64,000 nt of DNA from Tubulanus polymorphus (taxonomy: Eukaryota > Animalia > Nemertea): contig NC_134025.1 of NCBI RefSeq assembly GCF_964204645.1, forward strand, positions 26,950,299 to 27,014,298. Direction: 5' to 3'. The translations under genes and the position numbers were made by a program. Below the pieces are notes generated by a model that was not told the origin of the DNA, did not search any database, and saw only the letters and a program-made list of their open reading frames with translations. Positions 1 to 27,000 of this stretch are shown here, piece after piece (position 1 is the stretch's first letter; every line of letters begins with the position of its first letter).

Positions 1-310
1 ATTGTTTAGTCTATATTTAGCTCTATCTAACTTTGAGTTATAAATACTTGTTCAAATGTTGATTCAATGTGAGTAATGAGTGAGCTAATTCTCCAGATCA
101 GAATGTGGTCTTACAAACAGGACATATAAAAAGCATTATTAGGAAATAAAGATTTCAAGCCGCCGCTTTCGAGAATTCTAGGATATTAATAGAGCCTGAC
201 AAAAATCGAAACGACACTAGATCAAACTACAGCTTAAAAAGCAGAATAGAGAAAGCTTTCTAGCCGAGGCTCTTCAAAGACAACAACGATAGTAATGTAA
301 TAATACTAAC

Positions 311-13658
<13,348 letters not shown>

Positions 13659-14446
13659 CTTTCCTTTCCTTCCTTCGTCATTGCGCATGTGCGACTTCAT
13701 TGACATTTCGAGGTAAACAAACGCACGTGGTTATCTGTTATCTTCTTATCGCGCTGGGTGAGCCGGGTGTACACCTCTGTCCTATCTAAATATCCTTGTT
13801 TGCCCTGTGAAGTCACGGATATGATAATTTCACATCTGTAACAAAATCAACTACACCAATCTGTGAAAATATTATCCGTATTTTATTTTTCTATAAATAC
13901 ATTTCATTATTATCCACCGGCATTAAACATTAATCAAATTCCTAACTAATCCATTTTATTCGTATGGGCAGACAGTTTTAACATGCTGCCTACATTATTC
14001 GAATGTATATCCTCAAAACAGACGGCGATAATCTCACAAGTCGACCCACGCATCCTGACCAGCTCGCGTCTTACAGCCGAATGACGAACTGCTGTACTGT
14101 GACTGGGTTCGAGAGATGGCAGCACCGGGGTAAGGCAACATATGGCCAGATCAGCGTTATGGCAAAGTTTCCAGGTAGAAATACGATTCAGAATAGTAAC
14201 AGATCTTCTTTCAGCATTTTCTGGTGAATTAAATAAATATTGCTCATCCCTGTTGATGATTTTACTAAAAATTACTTAAAAGTTAATGTTCTGGGGTTCG
14301 ACCCTAAGGATAGATAAAGGCCACCCTGGCATGTGGGTTATTTCGTGGCATTGACTACGTTCGAGGCTGGCCAATTGAGATCCCTTCTTCCGTTTTCAAA
14401 AAGTTTTGATCGCCGTTTATTGAAAATTTTCAATTAAAATTAATCA
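13659..14446. promoter_or_regulatory. Bidirectional promoter region PACS / YIF1
   Basis: Divergent start codons lie about 790 bp apart. A YY1-like CCGCCATCTT overlaps the PACS ATG, an NRF1-like TGCGCATGTGC is at about 13682, an E-box CACGTG at about 13724 and a CCAAT at about 14371. Confidence 0.6.
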
Positions 14447-17400
14447 ATGGACGCTCCATCGGGCTTCAGACAGCGTAAGTGTACGTCATTTTTTATACTT
14501 TTGGGTGAGGTGGTGAGTTTACCAGTTATCAGAAGCAAAGAACTATGTTAAGATTCAAGATATTGAACTCGTAAAAAAGTCGCAAATTCCAATTCAATTA
14601 ACAAATTGAAATAATCGATGTGTCAAATATTTGGAGAAATTGCAAGCTTGCCAGAAGTGTAACAGCAAGGCAGCTGCTGCTGGATGTCACTCAAGTTTTT
14701 GTAACAAATCTTTTGCCTTGAGTGTTAAAATTTCAAATTCAAAACTTTTGAATGGTTACTTATCGTACACTACAGCCAGAAAAATTAATAAGCAGACCAA
14801 TCTCTGAGCCGCGAGGGATCCTCGATCTGAACCACCAGTCCAGAGTATTGGTTGCCCAAAGAAGATGGGAAATGCAGTATTACAAATCATGGAATTAGTG
14901 GAAAAAAATATTTGGTTGTTAGTTCTTTCTTAAGTCTCTTTCAATAACCTGAAGTTCAAATCAATGATTTCTTATATCATTGAAATTTTCAATTATTGAA
15001 TTAAGTGGGATTTGAACCCAAATAAATGTGTGAATTTTTGTGGGATTCAAATACACTTGAGGCTTCCCTCGGACGAATTGAATCAATTGTTATTTACTTA
15101 ATAAAATCATAACCAGTCATTCTGAATTCACTAGATACAGACGCAATGTATAGATCAAAATGGTTTTTCATTTATTTTTTTAAGATGTTGGTGTTAATTG
15201 TAAAGATATTTTTTCCTTAAAAACCTGCCAGGTACAAAGCAAGTAATATATGTCTGGTAGGCCTAAGTCTGGTACATATATACTAAAAATCTACCAATTT
15301 AATATCTGAAACTCGCCATTCATTCAAAAGTAAGGTGGTGGACAACTTGGTGAAGGGGTGATGGTAAATCTTATCTTATCTATCGAAGTAGAATCTATAT
15401 CTTGACTAACAACCTTCTGCATTTATAATCATGGTATGGTAATACATTGCTTACTTACTTGCACTAATGGTCTTTCATACATGATCTTGTAAACTGTAGC
15501 AACACACTACTTAGATTGACTACTTCCTCTCACTGATACTTTCACAGCCTAACTCAGGTTTAAAATATATGAGTTTGCATTATATAAATCCTCGCATATA
15601 CCAGCATGTATTCATATCAATAGTATATACTATTTTCGACTTGTCTGCCCAAATCACTTCTCAAGATTTGAGGTAAGTTTGTATTGGCTGGTATTTATCA
15701 GAATCCTCATTGTATTTATCTGCTGATTATGATAGTATGCTTGAATTATACAGTAATAAATCGGAAATAAACAACATACACCTTATTATTTTATCATATA
15801 GCTGGCCAAAGAAGAGCCAAAGCACCCAGACAGCCGAGAAACCAACCGCAGAATCCACAGTTATTTGATGACACCAGTAGTTATCCTCCACAATATGGCA
15901 CCCCAGGACAGGGAGGTTAGTATCAATATTTACTGTTCATTATCGTTATCGTTGTGTCTTATTGTCTATTACATATTATCTTTACCTTTGTTATGTTCGA
16001 GATTAATTTCAGTGTTTATTTTTCCAATTCTTTAAAAGTGTTTACCATTTTATATCACATGTGCCTGGATGCATGTAGTACACGTGTATGAATTATTTTC
16101 AGATGCCATAGTCCGTTTTATGCCAGGTACCGTTTCCTCTATGGGTTGCTTTGATTCCCATACTTCATTAGGACAAAATGCAATAGCTTTGCAAATACAC
16201 AAATTGATATTTGCTTAAATTTCATTGTCATTATCTATTCTATTATGAAAGTTGCAATTCTGCATGAAAATGTTATACACTATCACAGCCTGTATATTAG
16301 TAGTTTTCTTGATATTTGATTAATATTCTTTCAGACAATAGCTTTCCCGTTGCATCTGAAGGTAGCAGTATTTGAAATACATTTGCTAACTTTGCGAGGT
16401 TTTTATTGTGCTGCAAGTTTGTGTAGATTAATCAAATTAATCAAATCTATGTTCTATCACAGTGGAAGAACTGACAACAGAAAATATAGAATTTATACAA
16501 CAGTTTTTTTGTGGCTAATTATATAGTGTTTGTTTTATCCAACCCTGCACGACGGAATATCGGGTAACTTTATCAACCCATGGCTGTTTTTAAACTTTTT
16601 GCTTCTTTTGAATTCAACACTGACACAGTGGTAATATTGTATAGTAATTAGCAAATATGCTGAAAAAGGTTTCATACGTGGGTTTTTCAGGTGTTCCTAA
16701 GTCTATGAATCCAGCTATGTTCAGATCGATCCGTAGGCTAAGTTCAATTGCATGCATTCCTGTTTATCAATTTTGTAGTTTATCAATTGTGCGGTTAATC
16801 TCTTACATTATTTAATTTCTATGTGAATTAAGTTTTCTTAACAATGATTTTGTTACAGGTTGTTCTTTTCTAACAAATTATTAAATTTCTAACAAATTAC
16901 AAAATACTTTATGAAAATAAATTCATTGAATTATCAAAAAATCTTACGAAACTTTTCCTTAAACATTATATGAACATTTTTCACAGGATATGGCATGCCA
17001 CCCGGGCAGCAGTATGGACAGCAACAGCCCTACCCTGGACAACAAATCTTTAATGATCCAATGGCAAATATGGCCATGCAGTATGGTACTTCTTTAGCCG
17101 ACCAAGGAAAAGAATATGTACACAAAAATGTAAGATTTTGTGTTTGCTCACTAAATCACACTCAGATTTCTAATCATTTCATAATCCTATGATTTGAATT
17201 TGTTTTCTAGTTGGAGAAATATGTTGCTACGAGCAAATTAAAGTACTACTTTGCTGTAGATACCACATATGTTGCCAAAAAATTAGGATTGGTCCTCTTT
17301 CCTTACTCACACACGGTACGTACTATATTCAACAACTATATGCTTTGGTGGTTTGAAATAACATACACATGAAAATCTATGAAATTGTACATTACAGGAT

Positions 17401-18321
17401 TGGTCTATGAGGTACAATCAAGATGAACCTGTGGCTCCACGCTATGAAGTGAATGCTCCAGATCTCTATATTCCTGGTAAGGGAGGCTGTAAATAGTAGA
17501 ATTAGCCTTTATCCATCTCTGTTTTCTAATTTAAGCCTTTATCATTTCAAGTGATGGCATTTGTGACATATTTACTGGTTGCTGGTTTGGTGCTCGGAAC
17601 GCAGTCAAGGTATAACGCCGATTCGACTGATGGTTATTGAATGTTTTGAGGGGTGCAAATAGAATACTATGTATGGTATGCAGTGCTGTTTAATATTATT
17701 TGCAGGTTCACACCGGAGCAATTAGGAATTCAAGCTAGTTCATCATTAGTGTGGGTTGTCATTGAAATAATTGCGTTTCTATTCACCTTGTACGTAATGA
17801 ATATAAAAACGGACCTGAAATATCTGGATCTTATTGCATTTTCTGGATATAAGTTTGTCGGGTATGTTTAGACCATTTGAATAAGAAGATGTTTCTGATC
17901 AATGAATGCCGGTTATTCATTGATAAATGTTCTGATATATCTTTAGGATGATATTTAGTCTTCTGTGTGGTCTTATCTTCCAAGGAAGTGGATATTACAT
18001 AGTTCTGCTATACACTAGCATTTCTGTTGCTTTCTTTTTGGTAAGTTTCTCTTTTCAGAAGTAACTTCTCATCATGTGATTGATAAATGATTGATTCTAA
18101 CTAACTGAAAGAACAGGGGAGTTCTGATTTATCGTATTATTCTATTGCAACAGGTTAGGACACTGAAAGTTCAAGTTCTACCCCACGCAGACCCGGACAG
18201 CTTCAGTCACGGAAATAAACGACGAATGTACCTATTGCTGTTCATCGCTGGTGTTCAACCTATTCTCATGTGGTGGTTATCCAGTCATATCATGTTTTAT
18301 ACACCGAAACCTCAGTTATAA
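14447..18321 (+). CDS. YIF1B: Protein YIF1 (YIF1A/YIF1B orthologue), ER-Golgi Yip1-interacting membrane protein, 314 aa
   Basis: Exons 14447-14474, 15802-15915 (PQLFDDTS), 16987-17129, 17211-17315 ([24 protein letters not shown]), 17398-17476 ([13 protein letters not shown]), 17552-17609 (MAFVTY; AAG acceptor), 17706-17861 ([12 protein letters not shown]), 17947-18040, 18154-18321 (TAA). The total of 945 nt is in frame. The A/B label is arbitrary. Confidence 0.95.
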
Positions 18322-21076
18322 ACTGGCTACATGTACAACGCGATAAGATTTCTATGACAATGACTAGGAAAATTTCTATGACAATGACTAGGAAAGTTGA
18401 ATATTTTGCGCAGATAAAGCACAGTGTATTGTATATACACATGTATCATCTATATGTACTTTCCGTCAGAGTTTTTTGATGTTCATTTTGATTATTTATA
18501 GAACTAGTATTATACAGATATGAACATGTGTATTCGAGGGTATATCATTGTCAGGGAATACCATGAATTTTCAACTGATAATCTGACTAAACCGATGTTG
18601 ATTTCCCTGATTACCTGTCTATTCAATGTGGCATAGTTTTTCTTTTCTCAATGTGGACCATATTTCGTGATTCTTGTAATCCATTAAATGCATTTGATAA
18701 AACGCATTCCGATCCGCTAGTTTCACCATGGTCACCTCTCTACCCAACTGGTTTAAGTTTTTTGTGTTACCAATGTTTTGTGCTTCATTTTGTTAGTCAA
18801 TCATGTGTTATTGTAAAGTACCACTTGTTAAATTTTCTCTAGAAACGCTCTTACTATTGAATGTACAGTTATCTTTGCATGATGATACATACGATCTATA
18901 TTTTGTACATGATTGTATAAAGCTACCCTGAATTAGTGCAATAAATGCTTCTAGAATTGGAAAAATTTTGAATATTAAAAGATGAAATCTTCCTCTATCA
19001 TTTACCGTTAGGCGAAGGGGCAAATGTTCAAATGGATGATTCTGGTCTTTGGATACACAACTCCTTATAATCCATCAATTGATATTGTGCTTGAACTAAA
19101 ATATGTAAATAGTAAATAAAAACAGTATTGTTTTTAATTTGTGGTTTTGTTTTTGTCTTAGGACGGTTAAGACAAATTATACTCAGTAAAGGCTGGTATG
19201 ATTCGTCAGTTGGCTAGCCAAGATTTAAGAAATTCAGTAACATCGAGGATTATCAAGTTTTGTCGTTACAGAGCATGCTCCCTCTATTGGATTAGTGAAT
19301 AGACTTCACCGCTGAAGTGTGTCAACTTCCTCACGAGGGGTATGACTTATTTGCATCCATGATTATGTCTCCATCAATCAGTTTCCACGCATCCTCAATA
19401 CATTAAAGAAATCTTCTGTTTTGTTAAGGCACATCCAAACTCCAAAGAAAAAACTTAATACATAGTTGTAGTGTGTAATGTTCAATAACATTTATTTCTG
19501 ATATTCACATTTTTTTACAGACATACATATATCTACTCCCTCAGTGTGCATGGTTACATAATATATTAATTAGCTGACACGTGACTAGCAGAACGAAGTA
19601 CTTTTAGCACCGAGATATTTCTGTCAGCAACAATGGGCGAAGGAAAAAACAACTAGGAAATTAATAGTTTTCGAATTTTCATTATCCAATATCAAAGGCA
19701 ATAAAGTGTAGCATAGACGATCTTTCCAATAAAATAGAACACATATCATTTCCCTTCATAAATTGACAGCATTTATATTTACAAAGGTGTTATACAGAAA
19801 AAAAGGTGTCCCATCTTGCCATGGCAAAAGAAAAGAAAAGAAGAAAGCGATTTGGTGGTAGATCCATTCATCGGTCATTTGTTGTATATATATACTATGT
19901 TCTTTCGTTGAGATTTCAAATTCTTTTTTTCATTTAAGAACATTGTTGTATGTTGATTACTACCTCAGTAATATATATTCATACACATATGTCACAAGAT
20001 ACAACATCACAATATGATAATCTGTACACAATCAAAACTATGAGACGGCAAAAACCTGTTTGATATTCACTAACTTATCTCTATAGAGAGGAGAAAACTG
20101 GTGAAGCAAATCCTTGAGCAATTCAATTGAAAAAATCCAATCGATTTTTTCGAGGCAGAGTTGCTACACTTGCAGTACCTCGGAGTAATTCTGGGTATAT
20201 TCGCCCATATTTAGGGTTACCTATATAGGCAAAGTGTGTGTATGTATTGCTTTCGAAGTTATACCCAAATTAACCCTCAGGAATTGCATATATTCATTTA
20301 TCAATCTATCTCCATAGTCCTATAGTAGTTGTTTTTCAAATGATACATAGTTCTTCGAAGTCCGTTAGAAATACATGCATTTCCTCATTCATTATTACAT
20401 TGTCTGGTGTCAGGAAAACAAACATTTTATCACATGCTCTTGAAAATCCATTTTCATTAAATATACATAATTCAATAATATTTCATCACAACAAAATGAC
20501 TAACACCAGTGAGTCGCTAGTGTATGTGGACAAACGTCATTCAGTGTGAGAGAATTATGATGAAAGTATTCAACATAGACAACATGTAATATGAGTCATA
20601 CAAAAATCTCACATGAAATTATTCATTATTTTCGCAATATTTAACATTAACAATACATATAACTCGCAAATCTGTTTCAATAACAATCAATTACAGATTT
20701 TAAGCGTTCATGCATTTGGCAAGATGACATATTCAAAAAAAATACAGATCTCTCATTTCGCCAATACGCCCATTTAGAACAAAAGAGACTCACTTTTATT
20801 TTAGCCGGTTACCAGAATTTATAATTTAATAATTGCTTTAAAAATTGATTACATAAAAAATTACCATGAATAATAAGTAATTTATCATTTAGAATAAACA
20901 GCACTTCAATTAAAAGTGATGAAAACTGAACTATGTGAATGTATTCGGGACAGACAGTGGCGACAGCGTCATTAAATGACTTCTCGATCACTTTCGACAC
21001 GCATCATCATGATACCTCCTTTTCAATGATTTACGATAAAAGATATGCAAAATATAAAGATTTCATTTTACACCGT

Positions 21077-24000
21077 TCATCTTGTATAATAAACTCTATA
21101 GTATAGCTGTTTTGACCGCCACAACGAATACGAATTGTCAAATTTAAGTAAATAAACACCCTGGCCGGGATACATATGACTCCCACAGTAAACTTCCTCA
21201 TGGCAGTCTCGTCGATATATGGGAATGATTTCATCAGTCGGTGGGCGGTTGTCCTTTTTCTTTGATCCCTTCTCTACATCCCCCTTTCCAGCCTCGGCGT
21301 TAGCTCCTGAAACATATCAAATGACATTCCAAGTAGCAGTTCTTTAAGCCGGGCATACTCAAAAATTCCAATCGATGGTGACAGTTTGATGTTGTGACAG
21401 AGAACACTACAAACTAAAGTAATATGTAAGAATACACTTCACTCTAGAGTGAACACCTTAAAACTGAAACATTATTAATGAGCGAAACATAAGAATCCTC
21501 GAAGAGACATAATGACCCATGAATCAAAACATGAACGAAATGTCGAAATCTCATTTAGAAGCCGGTACACTTGCTGTCACACATGATCTATTAGCCTAAT
21601 TCACAGTTATTGGCGAATGTGTAAGGTTCAAATGGTTGTGGCGTGACATTCTTGCCTCAGGCGAGTCTGATGGGGAAATCAAAGGATTACCGAGCAAATT
21701 GCCGAGGATGTATTTTTCACGTATGAGTTAGCTTTGAGGTCTGGCGGACTGGTAACAACATTTTCAAAGTGTGGTTTCTTGAAGAGAAATAACCAGACTT
21801 GGTTATTGCTTCCGGGTGGTTCAAAAAAGCATCTAGCATCATCAAAATACAACACCAGGGCAGCAAATTTTAGATATATGAAACATTAAGAATGGTGACT
21901 ATCTAAAACTTCATAAATTTCAAACACTGCTGTAAAAGGAGACATCATTTTTATAGACCAGCTTTAATTCTACCTCTGCAACCATTTACTTAACCTAAAA
22001 AAAGTCAATTGAGTTTACTGAAGGGATTAAAGTCTAAACTTGTCTGAAATACCAGCCTCAAGGTGGTTGGAAGCATCTCAGATAATCCAGTGAGGTGTGG
22101 GAGAGGGGGCTTCAATAGAATACTCACCACCGCTTTCTTCCTCTTCATCTTCCTCATCACTGGACTCGCTAACGTGTACACTAACAGCATTACTGGGAGC
22201 TATTGTCCACTCGAAGTAGACACCGAAACCTATATCATAGTTATCAGTAGCGAATTCCCAAAATAAACACGTACCATCTTCATGTGTCGGAACTCTTACC
22301 TGCGAAAAATATGAAAAAAATGTCCTGAAACTTGAACCTATAATCAAATACTAATCATCTTGTGTATGCATAGATTTATTCTTAAAAATCATGATATCTG
22401 TAAGTCGTAGAAGCAATTGCAAGGAATTTGTTTTTCTTTTCAACATTTTTTAGAAGAGGTGTATTAAAAAACCCATAATAGGAATGAAAAAATAACTATC
22501 AATTCTGTTTTCTTGACGTCAGGAAGATTAATTCTTACCTTCAGAGTTTATTCAAAATGTTTATCTAAAATAAGGCTGAAGATAGAAGAAAGAAGTAATC
22601 TTCCAGAAATGTCAGGATAACAGAATTTATAGTTATTGTTTCATCACTATAGTGGGTTTCCTAAATATAACTGATCAGGGGACATGTACTAGGAATAAAC
22701 ACACTAAACACAAGATATTGACAACATAGACAGACCTGTGACATCAATAAAACGTTTTACACCCCATGGATAAACATAATATAGATGATAAATATGACAA
22801 TAAAATAGCGTAATTTCATGCAAGCGAAATGGGTAAGATGTCGTGGGGCCAGGAGAACTATCTACCGTATTCTATCACAGGAATGATCTAAGCGTATAAT
22901 TTACGACAACGTAAAAAGGGAAATGAACGGAACTGGTATGGTAATAAGGCAGAAGACTTTGATCACCAGGTTACACAGATTCAAAGCTCTATTCATGTTG
23001 AAGATTGCGGCTGCAGCCTGTTTAAGTAGGAGTATCACGTGTAGCTGGTTTTATTGAGTAAATTCAAAATGCACATTTCAAAAGCCATTACATTACTTAG
23101 GTTGTCAACGTACGGTATATTAGTCCATAACCATTTTCACGATGAAAATTCATATAATTTTTTATGTTTTCATAACGAATTCATTTGATTCGGGTATGAT
23201 TGAAATGTAAATCAGAGCACTCGAGTTCAAACTAGTGACTTCAATGAGTGATCTGTTTTTGATAATAATGAACCTGAGGCTGTCACGTTTTATAGTGGAA
23301 ATCAGAGCGGAAGACATGAACACATTTTAACACGTTATCGCTAATGAAGACACATCGAACGGGGAAATCTACTGGAGACACATTGCTTGATGGATCGAAA
23401 AAGGTGCCAAAGAAAAGATAGTAAGGAAACATTAAAAGATTATTGGGTCTGATATCTAAAATAATATACTATTTTCTGGGATTAAAGCATGCAAATGATA
23501 TTGCATATGGAATGAAAGAAACGCCAAGCAAAGATAACTAAATCATTAAGAATAGATAAACAAATGAAAACTTTTAAATCTAAGATCAACATCTGACTCA
23601 ACCAGATCATCACTTCATAACTGCTCAAATAACTGATGAAAATTAAAAGGATTTGAATTTGTAGATAGTTCATTAATGCCACATAGTATCAATATTTACA
23701 TTTCAAATGCAATGATAGCAATTCAGATGTCTGTATATGAATATCAGATCAGGATAGATTAGTAATAAGATCTATAATGAACTGTCCATCAAAATCAGGT
23801 TCATTTTAACTTCCTGCCTGATTCTGGGACCATATAGAAAGGACCAGAGGGACATCATAATTATTAGTTAGAATCATTGATGTACATACTATCAAAAATA
23901 CATGAAGAGGATGTATTTTTGATCCTATCCTAGTCATAGGGGTTTCACATACATCATCAATTTTTTTTCATCTGTTATGATGTTGGAAATCTAAGCGACT

Positions 24001-27000
24001 GCTGCTATGAATTTCATGTTTCAACTCGCTGATAATAGATAGCCCTGTATCTTCTGTTCAACGCAATTTCATCCAACTTCGCAGTAATTATTACTGAGAG
24101 CCGCATAGTAATGTCAAACGCAATGGGAATATGTGGTAGCATAGATAAGTGCCCACGTCTGATATATGACAAGGAATAGATGTTCAATATGAAATGAACT
24201 GATATCGCAGAAATCTGGGTCTGGTTGTTCATAGGTCATCACAAGTTATTACAAGTTAATCCTGCAGATGATTGGAATTTTGTCTCCCTTACTTAACAGA
24301 CACGGTTTTAGATGAAAACTACTTCAATCTCGGCCCACTAAAAAGAGTTTAGACATAACAACTTCTAAAAGCAATCTCCCATACCGTATATCACATAAGG
24401 CTAAACTATAAGGCTAGGAATATAACACGTTAGGGTCAACCTAAATACCCATCTACAAAACCAGCAGCCTATATACACAATCTAGTGGTGTTGAAGAAAA
24501 GCGAAGTTAATCGGTAGTTAATGATCTGTAGGTTGAGAAGTTGTTAATCAGCATCGGTCACAGTTTATCCTGTTGCTGCGTGCGGACAGGCTTTACTTAC
24601 AGTGACCGTTTCTCCGGACCCCACTTTTATCACAGCGTCCTTATCCTTTTTCAAGGACTCTTTGAATTCCTTTATGTCCTTCCTCGTCCACATGGAGGCT
24701 GCAGCTACAGGTGGAAGATCATCTACAACAACATGACAACATCAACAATCAGTGAATCGTTTTAGAAATCACCAGAGAGCTGCCAGCAAGCTGCCGCTCA
24801 CGTCTACAAGCGTGGTGTGTAACCATCATATTGCAACTGGCAACTCGGCACCCTATTACAAGGTGGACCCGATTGATTAGTGAAAGCGTAAGAACAGTGA
24901 AAACTTTTACACAACAAATAAACACATATCGAAATATTACGAGATACAAGTGGATGACAGAGAAATTCGAAGTGACATTTTCAGAAGGTTGTAAAGATTT
25001 CGCTGAGCTTTATAAAATGAAATCAATTATAGATCGCTGATATATTGAAATAATTAGAATTCTGACGCCTGCGCAGGATTAGCATTTTAGCGCATGAGAC
25101 AGCGCTTGTCATATCTCGCAGTTACACTCCCACCTTGGCTGTGAAACGATGGGATTTAATGATAAAATTCTATGAATAATTCATTTAATTTGATGCGTTA
25201 CGGTTGGATTGATATTGAATGCATTTCAAAACCCGGTGTCTATTCAAGATAATGTTTCCAAGACTGAGGAATGTCGATTTATGATAAATAGTACTGCGGA
25301 GGGGGGATTCAACAAAAAAGACAATTGAGAAACCTGAATGATATTTGGTGAGATTAAAGCTTACACGATCGGACATATTTACAACACCAGAGAGAGACAT
25401 GTGAAATGAGACGGGTCCACCTTGTTCATAGAACAGTCAACTAACTCACCGTCGCTGTAGATAGAGACCCAACTTTGATAACCGAATCACCTGTCTTTCG
25501 ACATTTGGCTTTAAAATCGACTAATTCTTTATACTGCCAAGTCGAAGCAGGCATTAAAGATGGCCTGGGACTCCCATCAGCGAACAATCTCAATGTTTCT
25601 GGAAGTTTTTCACATCAATATTTAAACATGAAATTTGCATTTGCATCAAAAATCTTCTTTTTACTGAAAGTAGTGTTTATTGGATAAAATTTCGCCACTA
25701 ATCAGCTTAACTGTTTTCTGAGGTATTCATTAAACAATTGAAAGATTAGGAGAATAATTAAGATGTATTTAATGTATATAGTACCAGCTGTTTAAATGTC
25801 GCTGTAATTACAGATTTCAAGTGACGTTTTGAGAGAGAGCAGATACGCTCCACAAGACATATGAGAGAGTGCTTAAAATACTATTTGGATCAGTCAAGTT
25901 GTACTTAATGCAACTGGAAACAATTTAGTGTCAACTTTTTTACGTTGACAGATTAAATACATTATGAGCTGAATAAATGAAAATGAACCAGCAGTAATTC
26001 AGCTATAGAAGAAGAATTGGCTCTATGAATGATTACTTACTATCAGATTCATTAGAACTTTCAGAATCAACGCCGTTGTTTTGAGGAGTATTTTCGGCAT
26101 CACCGTTTGTCTGATCGAGGCTGTGTTTTTTGAGACTCGGACTTCCTTCTTCAGCTGTCACTGTCATCGTTGTTTCAGTGATAGTGTGGGGTTTTTCGTC
26201 AGTGACCGTGTTCTCCTGATCAGCAGGTGTTTGTGAAGCCATGTTGTTATGATTCAGATAGTGTTGTTGTTGCTGTTGTATCAATTGTTGTTGGTAGACT
26301 TGTTGCATATACTGCTGGAAGTGCTGTTCTTGAAGTTGCTTGATTAATGTTTGTTGCTGCAATAAACAAGAAAAGATATCACCTTATAGAATTTTTGATA
26401 ATTACCTTACTGAACCTGCAATGTATTCACACATTTATTATTAGTACAAAACAATGGGACAATATTTAGAAGAGGGCAAATATGAGATCTGAAAGTTCAA
26501 ATGCTATTCAGTACAAATTCTAAAACCTTTTCAGCCATTTCTGATCTAAGCCTATGAACAGCCTGCCTAATATTCCAAATATGAGAAATGCAGAGAAAAA
26601 CCAGCGACATATATATCACAATTGCGTCCAACAAGCCATCTGCAGGTAAATGTATCAAGTTGCTTGTTTTCCAATTAGCTGTCTCTACTCTCTAAAGACG
26701 ACCACCAAACACTTGTCTCCCTTGAGATTTAAGATGATCAAAAACACTTCCGAAAAAAGATTTTAAAACACAGTTCCCCGAGGAAAGCGGAAATTTTGTC
26801 TGGTATAATAAGTCAGCGACACGTAGAAACGCATCAACAAGGAAGTGACATTAACAGCGAGTTTTATTCGAGTTAATGCTACGTTCCCCATTAAGATCAA
26901 AATTGCTTTCTTATACACCGATACCGGACTTCAGATATAATGCAAGCGAGGAAAAAATCTTACCGAGTGACGGAGGTTAATTGGTTGCAGAACGAAATTA

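Noticed and set aside
14104-14305. GGTTCGA B-box-like strings and a GCTGATCTGGC string reminiscent of 7SK
   Set aside because: No cloverleaf, no A-box spacing and no matching partner helix; not supportable as tRNA or 7SK.
18348-18395. 24-bp tandem duplication in the YIF1 3'UTR
   Set aside because: Simple local slippage duplication with no further structure.
21650-21832. Possible extra ACBD3 exon in the last intron
   Set aside because: The required phase hits a stop after about 38 codons and shows no GOLD similarity.
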